Below are positions 16,833 through 26,386 of a stretch of DNA of 62,634 nucleotides, in pieces. The stretch comes from Methanobacteriota archaeon (GTDB lineage: Archaea; Thermoplasmatota; Poseidoniia; Poseidoniales; Poseidoniaceae), in the NCBI GenBank assembly GCA_018667575.1, contig JABIUA010000017.1, forward strand, positions 1 to 62,634, given 5' to 3'. How positions within the stretch are numbered: position 1 is the stretch's first letter; each line of letters begins with the position of its first letter. The notes under the pieces are model-generated. The model did not search any database. It had not been told where the DNA came from and saw only the letters and a program-made list of their open reading frames with translations. A program made the position numbers and the translations under genes.

Positions 16833-17999
16833 ATGGTCGACATAAATCGCTATGCAAGGCATATTTCTTTGCCGCAAATAGGTTTGGAAGGCCAAAAAAC
16901 CATTTCAGGCTCGAAGGTTTTAGTCATTGGAGCAGGTGGTTTAGGTAGCCCTGTAATATTGTATCTTGCAGCGGCAGGCGTTGGTAAGATCGGAATCATT
17001 GATTTTGATAATGTAGATATTTCTAATCTTCAAAGACAGGTCATACATTCTACTTCCGAAGTAGGTCAGAATAAGGCTGAGTCCGCCAAAATGCGCGTTA
17101 CAGCACTTAATCCAGAAGTTGAAGTAGAGATTTGGAAAGACCGCCTCACTCCTGAAAATGGTATGGAAATTTTTGGAGGAAACTGGGATATTATTGTTGA
17201 TGGAACTGATAATCTTCCAACTAGGTACTTGATTGACGACCTTTGTAGCATTTTGAATATCCCGTGGGTCTATGGTTCAATATATCGTTTTGAGGGCCAA
17301 GTGAGTGTCTTTAATTTCAATGATGGCCCAAATTATAGGGATTTATTCCCCGAGGCTCCGCCATCAGAAAGTATACCTTCTTGTGCAGAAGGTGGAGTAT
17401 TAGGAGTATTACCCGGTGTTATCGGTTCAATTCAAGCCACTGAAGCGATTAAAGCCATTACAGGAGTGGGGTCAATATTATCGGGAAAGTTACTAATTTA
17501 CGATGCTGAAAATATGGATTTTAATAGATTGAACTTCCAAAAATCGGATGATAGAATTATAATTCAAGACTTATCTTTAGCTATGGAAATGTTTGTCGAC
17601 GAAGGTTGGTGTCAGAGCGGTTCGCAACAGAATGACCGAGAAATTCAAGAACTAAGTTCTACTGAGCAGAACAGTATGTTCCAAAATATTACTCCAGCAG
17701 AATGCGTGAAAAGACGCAATGAAGGGTGGACTCCATTTCTATTAGATGTTCGATCGGACCTCGAATATGAACAGGTTAGAATTTCTTTTACCGACATGCA
17801 AATAGCCCATGATGAGGTATTATCCATTGCTTCATCATTACCTAAAGATAGAGAGATCTTACTCTTATGCAGAAGCGGTATGCGTTCACAAATAGCCGCA
17901 TTATTTTTGATAGATTCCGGTTTTGACGGGAGTAAATTATTCAATATAGAAGGAGGAATTCTTTCATGGAGCCAAACTTCACCTTCGGATATAGAATAA
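16833..17999 (+). CDS. MoeB/ThiF-family E1-like adenylyltransferase fused to a C-terminal rhodanese domain
   Basis: RYARHISLPQIGLEGQ..VLVIGAGGLGSP..DFDNVDISNLQRQ. The C-terminal domain has the active-site loop LLCRSGMRS. The ORF is open from a TTG at 16779 that overlaps the trxB stop. Confidence 0.85.
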   Translation: MVDINRYARHISLPQIGLEGQKTISGSKVLVIGAGGLGSPVILYLAAAGVGKIGIIDFDNVDISNLQRQVIHSTSEVGQNKAESAKMRVTALNPEVEVEIWKDRLTPENGMEIFGGNWDIIVDGTDNLPTRYLIDDLCSILNIPWVYGSIYRFEGQVSVFNFNDGPNYRDLFPEAPPSESIPSCAEGGVLGVLPGVIGSIQATEAIKAITGVGSILSGKLLIYDAENMDFNRLNFQKSDDRIIIQDLSLAMEMFVDEGWCQSGSQQNDREIQELSSTEQNSMFQNITPAECVKRRNEGWTPFLLDVRSDLEYEQVRISFTDMQIAHDEVLSIASSLPKDREILLLCRSGMRSQIAALFLIDSGFDGSKLFNIEGGILSWSQTSPSDIE

Positions 18000-18094
18000 T
18001 CCGTTATTCATTACCATCCGAATTTTACGGCCCATTAGGTTCGAATTATACATGAGGTTCAAATGTTTAAGGCATTTATGACAACTATCGGGGG

Positions 18095-19219
18095 GTGGAG
18101 ATTGTGGCCAAGGTAATAGTTGCTGATGAAAACGAAGGCAGGCGTACATTGTTAGCAAACACTCTGGAAAGAGAAGGTTTTGATATCACCCGAGCCGGTA
18201 CATTGAGGCAAGCAGAAGGTACTGCATTAGCGATAATGCCAGAAATTGTTTTGATGGATGGGGACTGGAAATCTGGTGATGCTATCGATGCCTCACAACG
18301 TCTTATGTCAGACCCTGAATTTGCGTTTAAATGTCGAATAGTTATCCTTTCAAGGAGTTCTGGTCAAGAGTATCTCACTTCAGCCGCACAAGCTGGAGTC
18401 TCAGAAGTAATTACAAAGCCGATTGATATGTCATTGTTAATCGAACAACTAAACAAACATGCTCGTAAGCAGTTTGTACCTCCTCCTGCAGAGGTGGCAG
18501 GGCCAAATAGTGGAGGTGGTAGTTTTGATGTTTCCATGCTTATGGGCGATTCCACATGGGCATTACCTATGCTGAAAGGTTTGGTAAGTCCAGAAAAAAT
18601 AAATCCAGGATTCATTGATGAAATTTTAGTTCAAATGGATGAAGAAGGATTAGAAGTCAACGACACATTTGATACATCAATGATGGCGAATATGCTTAGA
18701 ATTGCACTCAATCACCTTGTTCAAGATGTCTCTCCTGAAGATATACCTACAGAAACGATACCGACTCAAGAAGGTGATACATCTCAACAGAAGGAAGAAT
18801 TGCCTTCATTTGGAAATATGTCACGTGGAAGAACACTTGGTAGTGGTTCTGGCCCTTCTAAACCGAGGAAACCTCGGATGACTTCTATGGAAGAAATTCT
18901 AGAGAAACAAGCAGATTCAATTGGTGATGAAGTAGTTTCGAAAATGGATGAAATCTTAGATGAAATGCCTGATTTAGTGGCATTGAATAGAGATGAAGAT
19001 TTATTTGGAATAGATTTAGAGGTATTAAAATTAACAAAATTGACCACAGAAGTGGTTCATGATTTGATGTGGAATCTAGGAAGACCCGGGGCAGTATCGG
19101 ATGTAACTTTGATTACTCAAATAGAAGATGCAGCACAGATGTTATCAGATGTTTTGGATGCTTTACCAGAGGTAGAAGATGAGACTGAGGGCAAAGAGAA
19201 TAATTCTGAAGAGGAATGA
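18095..19219 (+). CDS. Response-regulator receiver (CheY-like) domain protein with long acidic C-terminal region
   Basis: VIVADENEGRR...IVLMDGDW...ILSRSS...ITKP matches the REC acidic pocket, phospho-Asp, Ser/Thr and Lys positions. About 250 aa of unrecognised acidic sequence follow. GTG start. Confidence 0.6.
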   Translation: MEIVAKVIVADENEGRRTLLANTLEREGFDITRAGTLRQAEGTALAIMPEIVLMDGDWKSGDAIDASQRLMSDPEFAFKCRIVILSRSSGQEYLTSAAQAGVSEVITKPIDMSLLIEQLNKHARKQFVPPPAEVAGPNSGGGSFDVSMLMGDSTWALPMLKGLVSPEKINPGFIDEILVQMDEEGLEVNDTFDTSMMANMLRIALNHLVQDVSPEDIPTETIPTQEGDTSQQKEELPSFGNMSRGRTLGSGSGPSKPRKPRMTSMEEILEKQADSIGDEVVSKMDEILDEMPDLVALNRDEDLFGIDLEVLKLTKLTTEVVHDLMWNLGRPGAVSDVTLITQIEDAAQMLSDVLDALPEVEDETEGKENNSEEE

Positions 19220-19956
19220 GAGCAATGTCATTACTTAAGCAGGATAAGATTACTATTGACGATAGTAAAGTTGTGAAATTGAGGCTTGCTCTCAGCATCG
19301 CTATTTTTATTGTTTGGTCTGTAATAATTATCTGGATATTCCAAGACATCTCTTTCTTCTTGGAGTGGTTTGAAGATCTCGGTGCACTCGCTCCAATACT
19401 TTTCACATTGATGTTAATTACAGGTGTTATAATTCTTGCACCCACACCTATAATGAAAGTGACAGCAGGTGCATTATTTCCTTATTGGATTGCAGTTGCC
19501 ATTAATTTTACCGCTTCGATAGTTGGAGGACTACTTGCTTTTCTACTTGGAAGGTGGCTTTTTAGAGAGTCGATAGCCAAAACAGTGGCCAGTGATAAGC
19601 GACTTCAAAATATCGAGACAGCCATCGGCGAAGAAGCCATGAGAATTTCAGTTTTGGTTAGATTATCTCCGCTAATACCTGATGAATGGCTAAATTACAT
19701 CATGGCATCTGGTCCGGTTACCTCAAGGATTTTCTTTATGTCTAATCTTTCAAGTATAGTTTATTCTCTCGCTTATGCTTACTTCGGACACGCTGTTGGT
19801 AAAATCGCATTGAGTTCTAATGGTATGGATGGCTTCAAACAATCTCCTTTAGGCCTAGCATTATTGATTATGGGTCTTGTAGCAACAGTATTTGCAACTA
19901 TTATAGTGACTAAGGTTACAATGAAGGCTCTAAATAATGCCATCGAAGAAGAATGA
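19216..19956 (+). CDS. TVP38/TMEM64 (DedA-related, SNARE-associated) family membrane protein
   Basis: TGALFPYWIAVAINFTASIVGGLLAFLLGRWLFRE and RLSPLIPDEWLNY motifs. ATGA overlap with the upstream gene. Confidence 0.65.
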   Translation: MRAMSLLKQDKITIDDSKVVKLRLALSIAIFIVWSVIIIWIFQDISFFLEWFEDLGALAPILFTLMLITGVIILAPTPIMKVTAGALFPYWIAVAINFTASIVGGLLAFLLGRWLFRESIAKTVASDKRLQNIETAIGEEAMRISVLVRLSPLIPDEWLNYIMASGPVTSRIFFMSNLSSIVYSLAYAYFGHAVGKIALSSNGMDGFKQSPLGLALLIMGLVATVFATIIVTKVTMKALNNAIEEE

Positions 19957-20006
19957 TAGTTAAAATCTCCCGTTGCGTTTGTATGTAGGCTACATGTGGG
20001 GCTGCT

Positions 20007-22607
20007 ATGGCCCAAGGTGAAGCACCCGAGATTTTCGGATTGGATTGGTCTCCTAGTGGGCCATTGAAGTTTGTACAACCGCTTCATAGCGACGCTGCGC
20101 GCCAAGAAGTTCTTCTGTTTATTGCTCAAAGGCATGAATCGAGAATTGCTCTGGTCTGTGATATTTGGGATCATGTTATTGAATCAGAGCCTAAACAATT
20201 TGAAGGCCCCTCTTGGAATAAATTCAGTAGTAGACTACTCGAGTCATTAGAAAGGGCTGTTATTGCTCAAATAGAGGAAAAAATGGAAAAGGAAAAAGAT
20301 ATGGAAGTAATTCCTCGTCGTAATCTCTCACAATATGTTCAGCGTAGAGCGTCACATTTCATAGTCGATGTGAAACTTATGCTTAGGAGACTTGCTCACT
20401 ACATGTCGGTTACTATTGAGCAAAGAATGGAATGGCAAAGATTGATGACCCGTACCAGATATCTAGATGAAGTACTGAAAGATATTTATTCTGATGGAAT
20501 TGAAACACCTGATGGTTCTAAATTTGGTGGTAAAGGATTTCGTTCAACTTGGCAAGAAGGTGTTGTTGCGGTTGCTACAGCACTAGAAAGAGACCTAAAT
20601 GCAGATGCCAATGCAACTCCAGGGAATGGTTACGATGGAGATTTGGTTGCTCCTATGATTCGAGATGTAGGACTTGCACTAGCAATGGGAGATACTCCAA
20701 TTGGAGTTATGTCGGCAAACTTAGGAAAGGTTGGTTCTAATCAAAATGGCGGATGGGAAGATGCTGGTGGAAGGGATTTACATATCGGTGCTTGGAATGT
20801 TGGGGTTTTGCCACCTACTGCCCCCCTGCCAATTGCAAGCGTCACCATGACTGGTCTAGCATTTGCGGCTTGGAGAAAGAATCTAGAAAGATTTCATGTC
20901 GCATGTATTGGAGAAGGTGCCTCTTCTTCAGGAGAGTTCTGGGAAGCAATGAATTTTGCAGGTACAAGAGGACTTCCCATCACTTACATACTTCAAAACA
21001 ATCAGATTGCATTGGACACATCTCCTAAGAATCAATCCGGAGTCGAGGTTTGGGCAGATAAGGCAGTGGCAATGGGATTCCCAAGTTGGACTATCGATGG
21101 CTCAGACCCGGCGGCTTGGCATGCTAGTGTTGCTTGTGCTCGTGAATTTTCTTTAGAAGGCGGAGGACCGACGTTAATTCATGTTGAAACTATGAGAGGC
21201 TGTGGCCATGCCCATCATCATGATGATTTGTATTTGGGGAGTCAGTCAGGAACTCCTCCAGGCTATGTAGACAGAGACTTACTTACATACTGGGAAGCCA
21301 AGGATCCCTTGCCAACTCATAGAGAATTGTTGCTAAACCTTGGTGTTGATGAACAACAGATAATCGATATTGAGGATGAAGAAAAGTCTCTTATTGAACA
21401 AGACCATAAGATTCTATTGGAAATGGACTGGCCAAAACCAGAAACAGTAACCAAGGGAGTTACTACCCTTAATGATGCAGATACCCATTCACAACACCTT
21501 GAAAGATTGAAAGGTAAAGAACACCAATTTTCTTCATCTCCCCTAGAGGCTGGTGAGTTGAGTATCCAGTATGCTCAATCCGGAGGATGGACATATGCAA
21601 GGGCAATTCAGCAAGCTATGGCTGATATCGCTGATAGATACGGAGATGATTGTGTCTTTATTGGTGAAGATATGGAAGTCGCTGGTGCATTTGGTATGAA
21701 TATCTCTTTGAAGAATGCAGGGCACTCAGATAAATTGGTAGATATGCCGCTTTGTGAAGCTGTAATTGTCCATACAGGAACTGGAGCAGCTTTATCTGGT
21801 ATGCGCCCAATGGTTGAAATTCAGTTTGGCGGATTTGCCGCTTTAGGATATAATGCGATGATAAATAATGCCGCAATGCTTCGATGGCGTTGGGGTGCTG
21901 ATTGTCCAATGACGATTAGAATTCCACTCGGCGCCAAAACTCGTTCGGGACCTTTCCACGCCAATATGATAGAATCATGGTTCGCTAACGACCCTGGATT
22001 GATTGTTCTTGCACCAGGAACTCCTCAAGATGCTTATGACCTTCTTGTAGAGGCTGCAGAGTTGAACGACCCTGTGATTATGTTAGAACACATTGGGTTA
22101 TACGGACTTAGAGGGGGATTAACAGGTTGGGGTCAAAATATTAATCAAAAAGTTGATACCAAATCTGTTAACGATTCAATAGAGAAAAAAGAACGCTATA
22201 AAATTGGTAAGGCTGAAGTTATTCGTGGAGGGAGAGATGTCACTTTGGTCACTTGGGGTGCTATGGTTCATGTTGCGATACAAGCAGCCGAAGAAATGAG
22301 TAAACAGGATATTGAAGTTGAGATTATTGATTTAAGGACGCTATTACCTTTTGATTCTCAAACTTGTATAGATTCAGTGATTAGGACTGGAAGGCTAGTT
22401 GTTCTACAAGAGGGTCAATGGAACGGTGGATTAGGGCATACAATCCAAAGTCGAATTTTAGAATCATGTTTCTATGCTTTAGAATCTACTCCCGCTGTAA
22501 TAGGCGCTCTTGATACACCAGTTCCGTTTTCGCCACCGCTAGAAGATCATACAGTTCCATCGATGGAGCATATAATCGATGTTTTATCAGTAGTTGTGAA
22601 TTCTTAA
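20007..22607 (+). CDS. Fused alpha/beta E1 component of a 2-oxoacid dehydrogenase (TPP-dependent)
   Basis: 866 aa. TPP-binding region CIGEGASSSGEFWEAMNFAG..LPITYILQNNQIALDT (E1 alpha part), then a transketolase-like Pyr domain (FIGEDMEVAGAFG...) and a C-terminal domain (E1 beta part). N-terminal extension of about 140 aa. Confidence 0.8.
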   Translation: MAQGEAPEIFGLDWSPSGPLKFVQPLHSDAARQEVLLFIAQRHESRIALVCDIWDHVIESEPKQFEGPSWNKFSSRLLESLERAVIAQIEEKMEKEKDMEVIPRRNLSQYVQRRASHFIVDVKLMLRRLAHYMSVTIEQRMEWQRLMTRTRYLDEVLKDIYSDGIETPDGSKFGGKGFRSTWQEGVVAVATALERDLNADANATPGNGYDGDLVAPMIRDVGLALAMGDTPIGVMSANLGKVGSNQNGGWEDAGGRDLHIGAWNVGVLPPTAPLPIASVTMTGLAFAAWRKNLERFHVACIGEGASSSGEFWEAMNFAGTRGLPITYILQNNQIALDTSPKNQSGVEVWADKAVAMGFPSWTIDGSDPAAWHASVACAREFSLEGGGPTLIHVETMRGCGHAHHHDDLYLGSQSGTPPGYVDRDLLTYWEAKDPLPTHRELLLNLGVDEQQIIDIEDEEKSLIEQDHKILLEMDWPKPETVTKGVTTLNDADTHSQHLERLKGKEHQFSSSPLEAGELSIQYAQSGGWTYARAIQQAMADIADRYGDDCVFIGEDMEVAGAFGMNISLKNAGHSDKLVDMPLCEAVIVHTGTGAALSGMRPMVEIQFGGFAALGYNAMINNAAMLRWRWGADCPMTIRIPLGAKTRSGPFHANMIESWFANDPGLIVLAPGTPQDAYDLLVEAAELNDPVIMLEHIGLYGLRGGLTGWGQNINQKVDTKSVNDSIEKKERYKIGKAEVIRGGRDVTLVTWGAMVHVAIQAAEEMSKQDIEVEIIDLRTLLPFDSQTCIDSVIRTGRLVVLQEGQWNGGLGHTIQSRILESCFYALESTPAVIGALDTPVPFSPPLEDHTVPSMEHIIDVLSVVVNS

Positions 22608-22924
22608 TTCTCAACTATTTTTTGTATCTTAAAACTTTGTCCATAGTGGCCCCAGTTTACTGAACCAGGTTCTGTAAAAATGAAATATTTAGTTTGAAAT
22701 TCCTTACCTAATTCAGGATGCTTTTTTTCCAATAAAATATTAATTCTTGTACTATATCCTCCAAGACACCCTACGCAGGCAATACCCTTGATATCATCCA
22801 CTAGTACTGGATGTCTTTCAGATAATTGCTTTGGAGGGTTTTCATCAAATGGATTTATATCGTCTTCCAAAGATAGATTCTCTTCAGTAGCAGGAACAGT
22901 TCGGTAATTATTTTTAGTAGTCAT
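22604..22924 (-). CDS. Hypothetical small protein with CVGC motif
   Basis: 106 aa ORF convergent with, and overlapping by 4 nt, the E1 gene end. No family recognised. Confidence 0.35.
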   Translation of the reverse strand: MTTKNNYRTVPATEENLSLEDDINPFDENPPKQLSERHPVLVDDIKGIACVGCLGGYSTRINILLEKKHPELGKEFQTKYFIFTEPGSVNWGHYGQSFKIQKIVEN

Positions 22925-23026
22925 AAGGAGTAATAATGTCGAGGTAATATAAACAATCTCATGCTAAGTAAATTAGCAAATAATATTGGGGTTTTATTCA
23001 TTTACCTGTGACCTTTGGCAGAAGCC

Positions 23027-24208
23027 ATGAGGGACTACCGTATTGCGATTTTGCCCGGTGATGGAACAGGACGGGAAGTGGCTCTTGAGGCGTCCAAGAT
23101 ACTCGACACTATAGCTGCTAATACCAACTTTGGTTTTGAGCAAATGGAAATAGCATGCGGCGGTCAATTATACAAGGAGACTGGTAAAGAATGGGAAGAA
23201 GGCTCATTTGAATTGTGTCGCGATGAAGCAGATGCGGTTTTCCTTGGAGCGATAGGCCACCCTGGTTCCTATTTACCGAATGGAGATTTAGCCGGTGGTT
23301 CAGTAATTCTAGGCATGAGAAGCGGTCTTGACTTGTATGCAAACGTCAGACCAGTGAAACTATTCCAAGGAGTGCTTCACAAGGTTCACGGTAGGTTTAC
23401 ACAAATTTGGCAACCAGACATGGTTGATATGACAATTCTTAGAGAAAATACAGAAGGATTGTATTATTCATTATTGAAGAGAGCGTCCAATAGAGCACAA
23501 GGCTTGGAAGATTATACTATTCCAGATATGGAATTCCCAGATTTGAAGGGAGAAGTTGCGTATGACCCAAGGCCTATCTCTTCTCATGGTACAGAAAGAC
23601 TAGTAAAGATGGGATTTGATATTGCTCAAACAAGAAATGGGGCTCCAGCAGATGGAGTAAGTAAGGTTTCATGTATCGATAAGAGTAACGTTACCCGTGG
23701 TTGCCAATTATTTAGAAGAACATTTGATCAAGTTGCTAGTAACTATCCATCAATAACTACTGACTATGGATACATTGATGCATTCACTCAATGGATTACA
23801 AGAAACCCCGAGCATTACGATGTCGTTGTCACTTCCAATATGTTTGGAGATATTGCAACTGATTTAGCATCTATTTTACAAGGTGGAATGGGAATGGCAG
23901 GTTCCGGAAATATAGGAGATGACCACGCGTTTTTCGAACCTGTTCATGGTTCTTCACCAAAATATGCTGGCATGAATAAGGTCAATCCTATCGCTTCCAT
24001 CAATTCGATTCAAATGATGACTGACTGGTTGGGTCGCAGAAATCAAGACGAGAAGTTACTAGAGGTTTCCAAACTTATTGAGCAGAGTGTGGAAGACCAT
24101 CTTAAGGAAGGCAAAATGTTGACCTATGATCTGGGTGGAAATGCATCATGTAGTGATGTTGGTGATGCTATTGCTAGTACATTAGCAGCAAAGTTATCAG
24201 AACTTTGA
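23027..24208 (+). CDS. Isocitrate/isopropylmalate/tartrate dehydrogenase family enzyme
   Basis: IAILPGDGTGREV, LRENTEGLY and NMFGDIATDLAS motifs. I prefer the ATG at 23027 to the TTG at 23015. Confidence 0.85.
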   Translation: MRDYRIAILPGDGTGREVALEASKILDTIAANTNFGFEQMEIACGGQLYKETGKEWEEGSFELCRDEADAVFLGAIGHPGSYLPNGDLAGGSVILGMRSGLDLYANVRPVKLFQGVLHKVHGRFTQIWQPDMVDMTILRENTEGLYYSLLKRASNRAQGLEDYTIPDMEFPDLKGEVAYDPRPISSHGTERLVKMGFDIAQTRNGAPADGVSKVSCIDKSNVTRGCQLFRRTFDQVASNYPSITTDYGYIDAFTQWITRNPEHYDVVVTSNMFGDIATDLASILQGGMGMAGSGNIGDDHAFFEPVHGSSPKYAGMNKVNPIASINSIQMMTDWLGRRNQDEKLLEVSKLIEQSVEDHLKEGKMLTYDLGGNASCSDVGDAIASTLAAKLSEL

Positions 24209-24210
24209 AA

Positions 24211-24465
24211 CTAGAATTTCTGCTTGACTGTCACCGAGGAAGTGTTTTCCAAGTCGATAATCTCGTCTTCTTCCTCAACAATAACTTCTATCTCATCTTC
24301 TGCTTGTGAACGTGAGCCTTTCTTTACCTCTAATTTAGAGATTTGAGTTTGAAGAAGTTCAAATTCAATTTCAAGGTCTTCCATGATGTCTCTAACGGTT
24401 TCCATTTGGCCGTTAATTCTTGAAGCGAGTTTTTTCATCTTTCTCAAGACGCGCTTTTCGGACAT
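24211..24465 (-). CDS. Small coiled-coil hypothetical protein
   Basis: 84 aa. Heptad-like charged sequence with an acidic C-terminal half. It fills an otherwise empty gap. Confidence 0.35.
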   Translation of the reverse strand: MSEKRVLRKMKKLASRINGQMETVRDIMEDLEIEFELLQTQISKLEVKKGSRSQAEDEIEVIVEEEDEIIDLENTSSVTVKQKF

Positions 24466-24513
24466 AAATCCCCTATTGGCCGGTCATTTATCAATTGATA
24501 CCCTATGAAATAT

Positions 24514-25125
24514 TCAATTATCACTTGATTTTTTAATTAAGTTATGACAATGCGAAGCGAGTACTGCGCCTATAATTGTCGAAACGAAATAAATTGGAAT
24601 TGAACTTATTTGTCCAGAAATAATATTCGGCCCGAATGTCCTTGCAGGATTCATAGATGCTCCTGTAAATGAACCAAAAAGGAATGCTAATACCGCGACA
24701 ACTGATCCAACCCATAACGCGACTATTCGGGTATCATCGGTTTTGAAAATAATGAAATAAATACTAAGCATTAGTAAAAAGGTGATAATGATTTCAATAA
24801 AAATCCCCATTCCTATATTTACATTGAAATCGGTATATCCATACTGGCCAATCATTGAAGCTCCCACTAAAGCACCTAAAAGTTGTGCTAAAATATAGGG
24901 CAGTAAGGCCTTTCTTTCTAAGTGCCCAGTTCTATAGAATGCTATGCTAACTGCGGGATTTATATGGGCTCCACTAGTGTTTCGTAAAAGAAGTATGGCA
25001 ATAAAGACAGCCGCTCCAAAAGTAAAAGAAATCCATAAACTGGACCATTCTAATTTGATACTTAGGCAGCCCAATGAAACCATCATCCCGGTTCCTAAAA
25101 ATTCCGCACCCAAGCGCTTGAGCAT
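24514..25125 (-). CDS. Aquaporin / MIP-family channel
   Basis: Two NPA boxes (HINPAVS and SMNPART). Begins LGAEFLGTG. 203 aa. Confidence 0.85.
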   Translation of the reverse strand: MLKRLGAEFLGTGMMVSLGCLSIKLEWSSLWISFTFGAAVFIAILLLRNTSGAHINPAVSIAFYRTGHLERKALLPYILAQLLGALVGASMIGQYGYTDFNVNIGMGIFIEIIITFLLMLSIYFIIFKTDDTRIVALWVGSVVAVLAFLFGSFTGASMNPARTFGPNIISGQISSIPIYFVSTIIGAVLASHCHNLIKKSSDN

Positions 25126-25217
25126 GGTCTTGGGTCTCGAATCCGTTTAATGCCTTTTTCTAAAGATTCTAACATTTCCATAATAACCGTGAATAAGTAA
25201 GCCTACTTCGTTAAGCC

Positions 25218-26336
25218 ATGGGCGAGGGTCAGAAAGAGATGGGAATCCCCCAACTTTTACAATTCAACACCCTTCTTATCTTAGCAGCCCTATTTATCGG
25301 GATTATTGGAAGTCAGGCATTATCCTCTAATTATGGTTCCAATAGTTTCCCAATTACTCTGTTTATTTTAGCCTTAGCACTAAGTTTGCTTGTTGTTTCT
25401 GCGGATTTCTTTATCGAGGGTGCTAAAGGATTAGCAAGAAGAGGGGGAATTCCCGAAGTTGTCATTGGCCTAACTATTGTTTCCATCGGAACTTCTCTAC
25501 CTGAAATACTGGTTACGAGTACAGCAGCAATGGATTCCTCAACAAATCCAGAGATTGCAGATTTTGCAATTGGGGGTATTCTTGGCTCAATTTTAGTTCA
25601 AATTACATTGATTCTTGGAATTGTCTCCTTGTCTCGAGGTTTAGAAATTAGACCTTCATGGCTTAGAAGAGATGGACAAGTTATGATGTTGTCTTTGTTA
25701 TTGCTTTCTTTATTCTTACTTACAGACTATAGTTTGTCACGTTTAGAAGGCGTTTTCCTCTCGTTTAGCTACTTCTTTTACATCACTTGGTTACTGTACA
25801 ATAGAAAAGTAATCCAAAAAGAAGAAGATGAAGGCAGAGAACACGAATTAAAAGGAATCAGTTGGACTGGTACAGCATATTTCGTCATGATACTAATCGG
25901 ACTATCATTAGCTGTTTTCGCCGCGCATCATCTGGTCGAATACGCCAGCGATATTGCTTACAAATTAAATGTCCCTCACTCGGTGATAGGTACAACTGTT
26001 TCAGGCCTTGGTACTTCATTACCAGAGTTAACAATTGCATTGATGGCTGCTAGGAAAAGCCAAGGTGTGGCAATTGGGACTCTAATCGGTTCAAATATCA
26101 CAGACCCATTACTTTCTATCGGTTCGGCTGCAATGGTTAGTCCATTGACAATAACGCCAGAGGGAGTTAATATGATTATTTACTTCATTCTTCCTTCTAC
26201 AGTTATCTGTACTTTAGCAGCGCTATTATTGATGCGTACTTCATTTAAATTCAAACGTTGGGAAGGTATGGTACTCATTACATTTTATCTAATTTTCTTA
26301 GCCTTATGTGAGTATCTAAGGCGCACAGGTTTCTGA
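25218..26336 (+). CDS. Na+/Ca2+ exchanger (CaCA / YrbG-type) membrane protein
   Basis: Two alpha-repeat motifs (GTSLPEILVT and GTSLPELTIA) separated by a charged loop. Confidence 0.8.
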   Translation: MGEGQKEMGIPQLLQFNTLLILAALFIGIIGSQALSSNYGSNSFPITLFILALALSLLVVSADFFIEGAKGLARRGGIPEVVIGLTIVSIGTSLPEILVTSTAAMDSSTNPEIADFAIGGILGSILVQITLILGIVSLSRGLEIRPSWLRRDGQVMMLSLLLLSLFLLTDYSLSRLEGVFLSFSYFFYITWLLYNRKVIQKEEDEGREHELKGISWTGTAYFVMILIGLSLAVFAAHHLVEYASDIAYKLNVPHSVIGTTVSGLGTSLPELTIALMAARKSQGVAIGTLIGSNITDPLLSIGSAAMVSPLTITPEGVNMIIYFILPSTVICTLAALLLMRTSFKFKRWEGMVLITFYLIFLALCEYLRRTGF

Positions 26337-26386
26337 AATAAACTTTCAAACCATTAAATCTTAACCTACTCCCCCTTCGGCATTAC

